The notes under the pieces were generated by a model. The model did not search any database. It had not been told where the DNA came from and saw only the letters and a program-made list of their open reading frames with translations. DNA of 64,000 bases from a virus. The stretch spans positions 32,001 to 96,000 of IMG/VR virus record IMGVR_UViG_3300008255_000099, one strand, 5' to 3'. The position numbers and the translations under genes are program-made. The first letter of the stretch is position 1, and each line of letters starts with the position of its first letter. Below, one piece after another: positions 19,435-28,790 of the stretch.

Positions 19435-20040
19435 ATGCATGAGATTTTCTTCACATCTGACAGTCACTGGAATCATGGAAATATTATTAAGTATTGCAAC
19501 AGACCTTTCCTGAGTCCGGCAGAACAAATCATGCTGGACAACAATGAAAAATTTTGGGTGAGCCAAGAGTCAATTGATTTTATGAATCAAACAATGATTG
19601 ACAACATCAATCAAATTGTTGGTCAAAATGATGTTCTCTGGCATCTTGGTGATTTTTTATTTAAGGGACAGGACACAGTTAAACATTTTAGGGATCAAAT
19701 CAATTGCCGAAATATAAATCTTATTTTTGGGAATCATGATAATAAAAATAAAATAATTCAATCCAGATGTTTTAGTTCTCTTCACGAGTTGCATGAAATA
19801 AAAATTTCTGGGAAAATAATTGTTCTTTGTCATTATGCAATGAAAACTTGGAACCATTCTCATCATGGTTCTTGGCATTTTTTTGGTCATAGTCATGGAA
19901 CACTTCCAGATGATCCAACTTCTCTTTCAATTGATGTTGGAGTTGATTGTCATAATTTCTTCCCGTTGAGTTTTGATCAAATTGTTGAAATTATGGCTAA
20001 AAAAGAATGGAAACCAATAGATCATCATGGGAAAGATTAA
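19435..20040 (+). CDS. Calcineurin-like metallophosphoesterase
   Basis: TSDSHWNH, HLGDF, GNHD, GHSHG, DVGVD. Confidence 0.9.
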   Translation: MHEIFFTSDSHWNHGNIIKYCNRPFLSPAEQIMLDNNEKFWVSQESIDFMNQTMIDNINQIVGQNDVLWHLGDFLFKGQDTVKHFRDQINCRNINLIFGNHDNKNKIIQSRCFSSLHELHEIKISGKIIVLCHYAMKTWNHSHHGSWHFFGHSHGTLPDDPTSLSIDVGVDCHNFFPLSFDQIVEIMAKKEWKPIDHHGKD

Positions 20041-20291
20041 AAATGAAAAGATAATCCCGTTGAAGAAAAAATCCATCACTTTGCAGGAGATTGTTTAGGT
20101 TCTATGGATTTAATGTCTCCTGATAAAAAATGGAAATACCCAAAACCAAGTGATGAATTTGTGAAAGATGCCGTGAAGTGGGTAAAGAACAAATTAAATG
20201 GCCCTACAGGGCCACAGGATGCTCCGAGAGGCGTTTGAGAGTTAGATATGTGATGTGAGGCCCAGGGGAAACAAGCCCGCAGGAGAGGGCT

Positions 20292-20591
20292 TTATTTCTG
20301 GGTCCTTTCATATCTTCTTGTGCCGTGGTTAAAGTAGTAAACACAGACTGGAACTTGCAATTGAATGTCTGTTTTTTTGGGTTCAACTTGGACTTGAACA
20401 ACTCTCCAATCTGGATATGCTTTTTGAATTCCAAGTTGAGTTGGGCTAAACTCATTATCAAAAATTAAATCTTCTAAAAATTCTGTTGCTTTATCAACAT
20501 CAAAAAAAACAAAATGAGATTCCCATCCGATATCAAAATGTTCAATTAAATAACCGAATTTCATATCTTCACCTCTTGTTGTCCAATTCAT
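20292..20591 (-). CDS. Hypothetical protein
   Basis: ORF; start uncertain. Confidence 0.5.
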   Translation of the reverse strand: MNWTTRGEDMKFGYLIEHFDIGWESHFVFFDVDKATEFLEDLIFDNEFSPTQLGIQKAYPDWRVVQVQVEPKKTDIQLQVPVCVYYFNHGTRRYERTQK

Positions 20592-20673
20592 CTTTAATTT
20601 AAATCATCCTATCTTCCAGGTCTCTGTTTTTGGTCATGGTGTGATATAATGAATCTGTCAGGATGGTGAGTAA

Positions 20674-21159
20674 GTGGACAAGAATGAGATTTTGTTGTTA
20701 AAAGCAAGAGAAACAGCCTCAGAAAAAAGCCCTTTTGAATATAAAATGGGGGCTATCATTGTGATGGGTAGTCAAATTTTGTCAACAGGAGCAAATAGAA
20801 CGAGTGGGAACATCCCCCCTCTTTTATTTTCGTCACATAGAAGGTCTTCTAAATTTGGAGCTTTGCACGCAGAAATGGATGCTTTGATAAATTTGTTTGG
20901 TAGAATTTGGGATCTTTCGCCGAAGGCAGATTCTAGAACCAAAATCTATGTTTCTGGATTAACGAAAGGTGGGAACATAGCTAATTCAAAACCGTGCAAA
21001 AATTGCATGAAGATTTTATGGTCTTTTAACATTCATAGGATTTATTTTAGCACATACAATGGATATAAATTCTTAAAATTAAATAAAAACAACATTCATT
21101 ATTTAACTAACAATAAGAGATGTACTTCTTGCGATCAAAGCCTTGAAAATATTTATTGA
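20674..21159 (+). CDS. Cytidine/deoxycytidylate deaminase-family protein
   Basis: LHAEMDA and SKPCKNC zinc motifs. Confidence 0.8.
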   Translation: MDKNEILLLKARETASEKSPFEYKMGAIIVMGSQILSTGANRTSGNIPPLLFSSHRRSSKFGALHAEMDALINLFGRIWDLSPKADSRTKIYVSGLTKGGNIANSKPCKNCMKILWSFNIHRIYFSTYNGYKFLKLNKNNIHYLTNNKRCTSCDQSLENIY

Positions 21160-22424
21160 ATAAATTTGAAATTAAGTCCTTGCAAAAGCGGGAAGAATTT
21201 TAGGAGTCCATCAACCTCAATCAAAGGGATTCTATTTCTAACTGGTTGTGGAATATTTAGAATTTTAAATAATTCTTTAGCTTTGATATCTTTATCCCAT
21301 TGAACAACTTTATCCCCTGGTTGCCAACTTCGAGCAATACATTCAACAGAAGATCTAATTAAAAGTTTTGCCTCTGGAATAAAATTGTTCCCTATCTTCA
21401 AATTGACTTGCCATTTGGGGATGTCAAAAGCCCCATTCCAAATGCACAGTCTGCCGTTTTGAGTTCGATTTTTAGGGGACAACGAGCACATAATTCCATG
21501 GGTTTTTAGAGTATCTCCACCGTTCAAGAAAAGGTATAAGATTTTTTCGATGTCATTAGATGTAATATCTGTTGAGTTTCCTTTTAGCATTTTAATCGAA
21601 TAGAAAATTAATTCTTTGAGAATGTTTTCACCAAGGTCATCTCTATCAATAATCACAAAATCCTTGAAATTCAAAATATCGAGATTGAAAGTAAAAAAAT
21701 TGCAAGTAGAAAAATCATCAAAAATAAAATGACAATTTTTCTTAACTAATCTTTGAATCATTTCCTGATGAGCATCGGATGAACTTTTAATTAGATTCAA
21801 AGATCTTAAAACTTGTTGTTGATCACTTCGGAACAATTCATCAACAATTGGTCTAATTCTGCTTCTTTTGAATTGATCTGTTTCATTTGTTGGATCGACA
21901 AAGAATGGAATGTTTTCATTCCTTGCAAACCTTCTAATTTCTGCTCTAGAAAAATCTAGGATTGGTCTGATGATATTCCCGTCTCTATATGACATTGAAC
22001 AAAATCCACTTAGCCCGCATCCACGCATTAAATTCATCATTGATGTTTCGATGCGGTCGTTTGAGTTGTGGCCCGTGGCAATCAAAGTACAGTTATGTTT
22101 TTGAACAACTTTGTTCAAAAAATCAAATCTTTCTTCTCTGGCTGATGCCTCTGTTGAACAGTTTACACCTTCTCCGACAGAACATCCGATACCCATTTCA
22201 ATAACTAATTTTTGAACAAAGTTGACTTCTTCTTTGGACTCTTCTCTGGTGTTATGGTTAAAAGTTGCAACGTGGAGCTTATTAACCGGAAAAAAGGAAG
22301 ACAAACAGTGAAGGAGGATCATACTATCGGCCCCTCCAGAACAAGCAATTAAGATTTTATCGTTTGGGTTAACAGAACATTTGCTTAAACAGAGGCTCTC
22401 AACATCCTTGATAGAGATACTCAT
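21153..22424 (-). CDS. tilS: tRNA(Ile)-lysidine synthetase
   Basis: SGGADS PP-loop, ARxxR, GHNSND, RPIL, DPTN, RSRIR; start at ATG 22424 (AAGGAGG RBS). Confidence 0.9.
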   Translation of the reverse strand: MSISIKDVESLCLSKCSVNPNDKILIACSGGADSMILLHCLSSFFPVNKLHVATFNHNTREESKEEVNFVQKLVIEMGIGCSVGEGVNCSTEASAREERFDFLNKVVQKHNCTLIATGHNSNDRIETSMMNLMRGCGLSGFCSMSYRDGNIIRPILDFSRAEIRRFARNENIPFFVDPTNETDQFKRSRIRPIVDELFRSDQQQVLRSLNLIKSSSDAHQEMIQRLVKKNCHFIFDDFSTCNFFTFNLDILNFKDFVIIDRDDLGENILKELIFYSIKMLKGNSTDITSNDIEKILYLFLNGGDTLKTHGIMCSLSPKNRTQNGRLCIWNGAFDIPKWQVNLKIGNNFIPEAKLLIRSSVECIARSWQPGDKVVQWDKDIKAKELFKILNIPQPVRNRIPLIEVDGLLKFFPLLQGLNFKFIQ

Positions 22425-22458
22425 TAGAATCGTCCTCCTTGCCCCGGCCCGCACAGGC

Positions 22459-22487
22459 ATTGTAACGCAAGTCAGCCAGGGAGTCAA
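22459..22487 (-). promoter_or_regulatory. Sigma70-type promoter of tilS
   Basis: TTGACT-17 bp-TACAAT. Confidence 0.75.
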
Positions 22488-23167
22488 CAGCTAGACATTA
22501 TTTTCAAAAACAAGTCAAACTCTATGTTTTTAGATTTTATAAATCTTTTAATTAAATTAACATCATAAATAACCATTGAAAAAAATCTATATTTTTTAAT
22601 ATTGAACAAATTCTTATCTTTTTTATTTATTTCTTCTATATCTTTGCCAAAAAAATAGGCTCCGAAGTTTTCTGATTTTGGGAAGATTATTATTTCATCC
22701 TCATCAATAAGTCTATTTGTAAAAACATTAAATACACTTGGATCAAATTCTCTAGTTATTTTTGGGTTAATTAAAATAATAGAAGAATATTTTAATTCAT
22801 TTTTCAAATCATCAAAATTGAAAACAGATATCTCTTTTGATAGTTTTAATAAAGAAATAAAACAATTATCTACATCTTGGTCTAAATTTCTATCAATTGC
22901 ATTATTAACATAAGAAAAATTTAAATCTTGTAATTCTTTATCTATTAACCCATCTTTTGACATTGAAAAAATAGATTCAAAGGATAATCTAACTATTGGG
23001 ACAACCCGTGAATTATTACCATCTTTTTTCGGCTCTTTTAAGTTATTTATAAATAAAGAATCTTTTGTTAATAAATAATCTAATATTAAATATTCGTTAT
23101 TGTTTAAGGTTTGAATTTCTTCATTATTTAAACATTGTGAAATCAATGTTTTAGATTTTTGTCCCAT
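22484..23167 (-). CDS. Possible degenerate capsid-protein paralog
   Basis: IIIFPKSENFG and SMVIYDVNLIKRF resemble the C-terminal motifs of the 38151 and 35853 proteins (manual alignment). Confidence 0.4.
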   Translation of the reverse strand: MGQKSKTLISQCLNNEEIQTLNNNEYLILDYLLTKDSLFINNLKEPKKDGNNSRVVPIVRLSFESIFSMSKDGLIDKELQDLNFSYVNNAIDRNLDQDVDNCFISLLKLSKEISVFNFDDLKNELKYSSIILINPKITREFDPSVFNVFTNRLIDEDEIIIFPKSENFGAYFFGKDIEEINKKDKNLFNIKKYRFFSMVIYDVNLIKRFIKSKNIEFDLFLKIMSSC

Positions 23168-23169
23168 TC

Positions 23170-23432
23170 TTACCAAGCCCTTTCATCTTCCAAAATTATA
23201 GCGAGGACAAAAGCATGTCCCATGGTTTTTTCAGGATTGTTAATAACATCTTTGTATCTCATCCCCATTGATTTATGATCATACCGTTTCTAATTCAACC
23301 ACTTGTTCAACAAAACCACTATAAAGATCAACAGGGCCACAAAAAAACGGGCTTAATCCACGGTTCCACGTTTTTGATCTTGAGGTTGTATTAATTGCAT
23401 CTCTCATTCTTGGATCACGATAATTAACTATT
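23170..23432 (-). pseudogene. Internally deleted/frameshifted phage gene starting at an IS right end
   Basis: RIVNYRDPRMRDAINTTSRSKTWNRGLSPFFCGPVDLY...; in another frame YKDVINNPEKTMGHAFVLA. Confidence 0.55.
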
Positions 23433-23691
23433 CTGACATACTCCCTCCGCTAAAGAAATTAATGATAATCTTAAAAACTTCAAATTCAGATTTCTTTATT
23501 GGTTTGATTGATGTGTTATAACCAAATAAATCCACAATAATTTTTGATGAACTTTCTGGCTTATTAGAATATATGTAAAAATTTGATGATGATCTTTTTA
23601 TGATCTCATCATCGCTTATTTGTAAAGGTTGTAAAGGTTGTAAAGGTTGTAAAGGTTGTAAAGGCCCCATCTCTTCTTCACTCTTTTTCAA
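23428..23691 (-). CDS. Hypothetical protein with PLQ microsatellite; C-terminus from IS fragment
   Basis: (ttgtaaagg)x5 at 23620-23664. Confidence 0.5.
   Translation of the reverse strand: MKKSEEEMGPLQPLQPLQPLQPLQISDDEIIKRSSSNFYIYSNKPESSSKIIVDLFGYNTSIKPIKKSEFEVFKIIINFFSGGSMSE
23433..23455 (-). mobile_element. Right-end fragment of the same IS200/IS605 element
   Basis: ctttagcggagggagtatgtcag, identical to the 3' part of copy 1. Confidence 0.65.
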
Positions 23692-24040
23692 GGAAATTTA
23701 TGACAAGTTTAAAAACTTCAAGAGGAGATTGTTTTTTAAATAGATCTTTTTCTTTTGGACTTATCTGTTGACGATCTACTGTGTATAATTTTGAGAAAAT
23801 ATCTGGAATGTACTGATAATAATCAGGCATTTCTTTTTCTGGTTCGTTAATCTTTTCTGATAAATAACCAAAAAAATTATTCTTTTTTAGTTCCTCCATT
23901 TTTTTATATTTTCTCATTTTATAATTATTTTTATAATAAACCCCATTATCTTTTTCATAAATATCTTCTTCATAAATATCTAAAATATCTGAAAGATAGG
24001 TTGAGTTTTCTATTAACTCTTTTATCTCGTCGTCTTTCAT
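23678..24040 (-). CDS. Hypothetical protein
   Basis: ORF. Confidence 0.6.
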   Translation of the reverse strand: MKDDEIKELIENSTYLSDILDIYEEDIYEKDNGVYYKNNYKMRKYKKMEELKKNNFFGYLSEKINEPEKEMPDYYQYIPDIFSKLYTVDRQQISPKEKDLFKKQSPLEVFKLVINFLEKE

Positions 24041-24421
24041 TTATGTTTCCCTTGACAAACGGTTGATTTCATCCATCGAGAATTCTTTTGGTGTCGATGG
24101 TTCACCTTCAAAAGAGATTATAGTAAACGGAGTCCCATCAATATAAAAATAAATACTTTTCCCAAAAAAATCATCAGAGCTAGAAGTTTGGAAACCAGAT
24201 TTGTTTAAGCAATTATTATAAAATGCTGTGTTTACCACTCGAAGAGAATATTGTAAAATATGATTTTTTGTTGTTTTACAAATCATAAAATTCACCTTAA
24301 ATATATAATTTGGGCGTTTACACCCGGCACCATTATACTTCTGATTCAGCTTGCCAGCTTGCAGGAAAACTGGGTTTAAAGTAGAATTAATTAAATTGAG
24401 GTGAAACAAAATGTGGTTCAA
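24041..24421 (-). CDS. Hypothetical protein
   Basis: ORF; start uncertain. Confidence 0.5.
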   Translation of the reverse strand: MNHILFHLNLINSTLNPVFLQAGKLNQKYNGAGCKRPNYIFKVNFMICKTTKNHILQYSLRVVNTAFYNNCLNKSGFQTSSSDDFFGKSIYFYIDGTPFTIISFEGEPSTPKEFSMDEINRLSRET

Positions 24422-24845
24422 TTTTGCACAAAAAGATATTTCATCAAATGAAATATTTGATGAAGTTATGTCAATCTTAAGAAACCGTTTAGTTGAAACA
24501 GGATTTATTTCATTAAAAGAAGCTGAAATTTGGTCTTATAGCTATTTAAAAAAATCAAACGCTATGCTTCGCAGAATCATAGAAAAAGAAACAAAAAGAA
24601 TGCAATATTTCAAATCACATTATGAAGATCTTGAGATAAATAAACTAATGGGGAAAGAAGAAGAAAATCTTGATAGAATTTTAGAAGAATTGATTAAAAG
24701 TTTTAATATTTGTAAAACCAGAAAAGTTATTTCTGAATTAATTATAAATTCAAGAGAAAGATATGATATCCCAGATGAACCAACTCCAGCAAGTAAACCA
24801 GATATTTCTTATGAAGATTTAGATGATAGTTTAAATCTGTTTTAA
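24411..24845 (+). CDS. Hypothetical protein with MWFNFA N-terminal tag
   Basis: GAGGTG RBS; N-terminus MWFNFAQ. Confidence 0.65.
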   Translation: MWFNFAQKDISSNEIFDEVMSILRNRLVETGFISLKEAEIWSYSYLKKSNAMLRRIIEKETKRMQYFKSHYEDLEINKLMGKEEENLDRILEELIKSFNICKTRKVISELIINSRERYDIPDEPTPASKPDISYEDLDDSLNLF

Positions 24846-24885
24846 ATTAAAACCAATCCCCTTGTGATTGATATGTGGTGTATAA

Positions 24886-25713
24886 TTGACTAGGCACACT
24901 AGTGCCAGATTGGAATATTTGCCTATGACAAGAGATAAAGAATTCAGAGAAATGAATGTGGCGAGTCGGATTTCTAAAACCGATGAAAAAGTTCAAAGAG
25001 TGATAGAAACGATGCTCGATTATGATTTAACCCCTTGTTCAAAATGGTTCGGTGAAAATTTAGAATTTTCAAATTTAGGTGGAACAAAATCAGATTTTTG
25101 CGGGGCTGACATTTCAATCAAAAGTGAAATTGGAGAATGGAAAATCCAAGACAAATGGAGAGCTTCTGGAAATGATTTGGGAATTGAAATTGTTAGAATG
25201 TATTGGTATGAACAAGAAGCAGAGGATTTGGTGATAGTTGATGGCGGTAGAGATATCTTCCAAATTCCACCAACTCCAATAGTTTACTCCGGTAATCTTT
25301 TAGCAGAAAGAGATTGGATAAAAACCAGAACAAAATCAGATTATTATCTTTTTCATAGCAAAAAAGAAAATTCACCAAGAGTTTTTATCCAAACAAAAGC
25401 TGTTAAAAAAATATCTGAAAATCTTTTTAAATCATGGGTTAAGAATTTTGAAAAAATAGAACCAAGCTTGATGTTAAATATTTTTGTAAATAATAACTCT
25501 TTTAGATCAACTGATTATACCATCGAAGTTGAGGCAAAAGAAGGAATTGAAGTTAAATGTTTAAGAGAGCCAGTTAGAGCATATGGATCAAAGAAAAAAG
25601 TTATTATTGATTCAAATGAACCAAAACTTTGTTGGATTGCTAAATCAATTGCTTATATCCCCCTGACTTGTTTTTTAGAAGACGAAATAGCATTTTGCCC
25701 AAAAAGGAATTAA
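24886..25713 (+). CDS. Hypothetical protein, possibly PD-(D/E)xK-like
   Basis: GADI...IQDK spacing; weak. Confidence 0.4.
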   Translation: MTRHTSARLEYLPMTRDKEFREMNVASRISKTDEKVQRVIETMLDYDLTPCSKWFGENLEFSNLGGTKSDFCGADISIKSEIGEWKIQDKWRASGNDLGIEIVRMYWYEQEAEDLVIVDGGRDIFQIPPTPIVYSGNLLAERDWIKTRTKSDYYLFHSKKENSPRVFIQTKAVKKISENLFKSWVKNFEKIEPSLMLNIFVNNNSFRSTDYTIEVEAKEGIEVKCLREPVRAYGSKKKVIIDSNEPKLCWIAKSIAYIPLTCFLEDEIAFCPKRN

Positions 25714-25715
25714 AC

Positions 25716-26228
25716 ATGAAAGAAGAGATGGAAAAATTTAATCAAAAGATTAAAGATCTTAATTTTTATTATCAGAATTATTTAATTGCGACAAAAGCTT
25801 GGGATTCTGTTAGAAAAAGAACAGAAAATTATATTTGGGATAAAATAAAAGAATTATGGTTAGAAAGATTCCCCGGAACAAGACTGGTTAGCATAGGTGG
25901 GTATCACGACAGGGATGAGAACATCTCTTTTAGAGTCGGTTCTTTAGACGGTGGGTGTCACACTGATAATTGGGAACCATCTTTAATTTCTATGTTCGAA
26001 GGTGTTGAAAAAGATGGAATTAGTTTTTTCCCTTCTGTTGAAGGGGAATGGATTTCTGATTATACAGAAACTGAAATTAAAAAAATACCAGGGACAGAAA
26101 TAACCGCATTGGATTTCATAAACTTCCTAAAAGAAATCAAAGAAAATCTTTTTGTATACTTTGATTTTGAAGAATCTTTTCTTAACTATAGAAAAATCAA
26201 TTCAATTTATGAAGACGAAGAGAAATAA
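25716..26228 (+). CDS. Hypothetical protein
   Basis: Start moved to ATG 25716. Confidence 0.6.
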   Translation: MKEEMEKFNQKIKDLNFYYQNYLIATKAWDSVRKRTENYIWDKIKELWLERFPGTRLVSIGGYHDRDENISFRVGSLDGGCHTDNWEPSLISMFEGVEKDGISFFPSVEGEWISDYTETEIKKIPGTEITALDFINFLKEIKENLFVYFDFEESFLNYRKINSIYEDEEK

Positions 26229-26230
26229 AA

Positions 26231-26422
26231 ATGGCAATCAGAGAACCTTATCCTAGACAAAACTATTTTTATGATCAATTTGTTCCATTACTTAAATTTA
26301 ATGAGCAAAGTTTTCAAACACAGCCAGCAATGGGGAAAACTATTTTGTCAAATAACTCACCTATTGATAATAAAAAATTAGAAGTTTTTATTTTTAAGAA
26401 GATTTTAGAAAGTTTAGATTGA
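26231..26422 (+). CDS. Small hypothetical protein
   Basis: Coupled ORF. Confidence 0.5.
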   Translation: MAIREPYPRQNYFYDQFVPLLKFNEQSFQTQPAMGKTILSNNSPIDNKKLEVFIFKKILESLD

Positions 26423-26423
26423 T

Positions 26424-26828
26424 TCAATCGTCTATTTTTAAAAGATATCCACGATCTATTAAATCAAGAACCAGTTTCCCTGCTTTTGCACCGATTTTTC
26501 TCATTCTAAAAACTTCTTTTAATTCATCAAAAGATAAATATCCTTCTTCTTGAATCAACTCAAAAGCTCTATCGTTTTCTCCCATTAGGTATAATCTATC
26601 AATCATGTTAATCAATTGTGCAACTTCGTTTACCCACTCTAATGATGCCCAATCTTTTATTAATTGGAGTGGTGCTTCTAAAACAAGTTCTTTAGCAAGA
26701 TCGTCTGCCTCTTGCTCGTGATCCTCTCCATATCCTCGCAAAAGCAGGGATTTTACTTCTTGAACCATTTCCTCAAGAGTGGGATGATCAAATTTATTTA
26801 ATGAAATTGTTGCAAGTTTAAACCACAT
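26424..26828 (-). CDS. Hypothetical protein with MWFKLA tag
   Basis: N-terminus MWFKLAT. Confidence 0.7.
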   Translation of the reverse strand: MWFKLATISLNKFDHPTLEEMVQEVKSLLLRGYGEDHEQEADDLAKELVLEAPLQLIKDWASLEWVNEVAQLINMIDRLYLMGENDRAFELIQEEGYLSFDELKEVFRMRKIGAKAGKLVLDLIDRGYLLKIDD

Positions 26829-26831
26829 TTT

Positions 26832-27626
26832 TTAATTCCTTGGAAAGAATTTTTTACGAATTAATGAATTTTGATAATTAAAATCATCAATCATATCAAT
26901 CACAGCCCTATGCTCTTCTGAAATATTTTCTTGTTTTTTTATTCTTATTTTAAAAAATCTTTGACCAATTTCTTCAGCTTGTTCAACCATTCTTTCACCT
27001 ATTTTTCTTGCCCCTCTTTCTCGAAGTAGTTTTCCTATTTCTATTGTTGATTTCAAATGACTTTGAAAAACTTCTCTAACAAATCTTTGATGTTTAGAAA
27101 AAATTCCAGGGATTGATTCTGAAACCATTTCCCATGATTTTAATTCATCTTCTAAAACTTCTAAAAAAAGATTTGCAAAATTAGAAACTCCAAACTCTGA
27201 AACTATTTCTTTTATTTTATCAAAATCTTTTACTAAAAACGCAAATCTAAAATTATTATAAACATCAAGCCTTAATTCTTTTTGTTCGATACTATGAAAA
27301 AATTCATGCATTAATGCTAATAAATATTTTTCATAATCTTCATCAGAAAGGCCGGTTGTTGTGTTCGGATATGGGGATTGAATTCTATCTAATTTTTGAT
27401 TGTAACCAATCATCCCAAAATCATCAGAATCTGGATAAAAACCAGAAAGTGTATCTGTTTTTATTTCAATCGGCTCATAATCATCGACAAAAAGATGCCC
27501 ACTAACAGAAGTGCCAATCACATCTTCTCTGGGGTTAGATCCCCAGGTCGGTGATTGCTCAAAATATGGATTGAATTTTAAATTCAAAGCTTCTTTTAAT
27601 TCTTTTATTGCAAGTTTAAACCACAT
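26832..27626 (-). CDS. Hypothetical protein with MWFKLA tag and HExxH motif
   Basis: N-terminus MWFKLAI; LMHEFFH zincin-like motif. Confidence 0.65.
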   Translation of the reverse strand: MWFKLAIKELKEALNLKFNPYFEQSPTWGSNPREDVIGTSVSGHLFVDDYEPIEIKTDTLSGFYPDSDDFGMIGYNQKLDRIQSPYPNTTTGLSDEDYEKYLLALMHEFFHSIEQKELRLDVYNNFRFAFLVKDFDKIKEIVSEFGVSNFANLFLEVLEDELKSWEMVSESIPGIFSKHQRFVREVFQSHLKSTIEIGKLLRERGARKIGERMVEQAEEIGQRFFKIRIKKQENISEEHRAVIDMIDDFNYQNSLIRKKFFPRN

Positions 27627-27744
27627 GATATTTTTTTCTATTTTTAATTAACAAAATCCTATAACTCTTCTAATTCTTCTAACTTTCCCTCCTAGTCTTT
27701 TCTCGGATGGGAGTATAATCTCTTCAACAAAGAGGTTAGGCACA

Positions 27745-27969
27745 ATGGAAGAAAAAGATTTATTTAGAAGCTATGAACATTTTTTACAAGAAATGCTTGG
27801 AGAAATAGTTAAACATCTTGATTATGATCTTTATAAAGAAATGTTTATCTATGATCATCAACTAAACATGCCTGAAATTCAATTTCTTAGCGAAATAATT
27901 CATATGTATCTAGATACAGATGAGTTTAAACTTCATTTTCAAATTAGAGAAAGAGAAAAAAATGAATAA
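27745..27969 (+). CDS. Hypothetical protein
   Basis: ORF after TATAAT. Confidence 0.55.
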   Translation: MEEKDLFRSYEHFLQEMLGEIVKHLDYDLYKEMFIYDHQLNMPEIQFLSEIIHMYLDTDEFKLHFQIREREKNE

Positions 27970-28534
27970 TCAAATAGAAGAAATATATGATGAAATAGTT
28001 GGTTGGCAAATAGAAAATGTAGGAAACTGTGAACAAGGATTTTTTCTTAATATCTCTAATGGAATTGATAAAAAAAGAGTTAATTTTTTTGCATCAGACC
28101 TCGGTGTGGCAATCAACACAGTTATGGATCTAAAAACAAATAAAATAATTTTTAAACATTTTAGTGATCTTTATTTTAGATTTTTAGACGAAATAGATAA
28201 TGAAATATCTTTTTTAAAAAACAATCAATTTGTTGGAATCGAAGTGAACAACATAAACTATTTATTCCCATTAAAAGATATAAATATAAATAAAAAGTTT
28301 ATTTTAGGTGATTTACAGAGACATGAAATATTTTTTAAATATTGTGATGAAAATCTTTTCCAAGAACTTGTTAGTCTTATAAGATCTAATTTTGAAATAA
28401 AATTAGATCTTCGACAATTTATGCAATCCTATATGTCAATAGAAGATCAAATTAAGTTCATAAAGGAAAAGTTCGGCGAAGAAGCCCTCGCCGAACTTGA
28501 CACAACTCTTTTAAAAGAATTTAAAGAAGATTAA
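27962..28534 (+). CDS. Hypothetical protein
   Basis: Start moved to ATG 27962. Confidence 0.6.
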   Translation: MNNQIEEIYDEIVGWQIENVGNCEQGFFLNISNGIDKKRVNFFASDLGVAINTVMDLKTNKIIFKHFSDLYFRFLDEIDNEISFLKNNQFVGIEVNNINYLFPLKDININKKFILGDLQRHEIFFKYCDENLFQELVSLIRSNFEIKLDLRQFMQSYMSIEDQIKFIKEKFGEEALAELDTTLLKEFKED

Positions 28535-28542
28535 TCTAGTTT

Positions 28543-28778
28543 TTATCGGAAATCTTTGGACCTGTTTTTAGCTTTTCTTATTCCTGTTAAATCTTCTAGT
28601 TTGATTCCACATCTGTTCTCTTTTGCTAAATTAACTATCTTTCTCTATTTACTGATACTATTATATAAGAAGATGAAGAATATCTACAATAAATCTCTAT
28701 TAATTTTATGTTAACGAAATAACTGAACGGCTATTCATCCCTCTGCTAAAGCAGGAGGGCTTTCTAGCCGTGTTCTTA
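28543..28778 (-). mobile_element. tnpB: Truncated IS200/IS605 element: left end plus tnpB fragment
   Basis: TTAC|taagaacacggctagaaagccctcctgctttagcagagggatgaatagccg; 28543-28659 encodes SISK*RKIVNLAKENRCGIKLEDLTGIRK (TnpB RuvC-II-like). Confidence 0.75.
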
Positions 28779-28790
28779 GTAAATAAAGTT

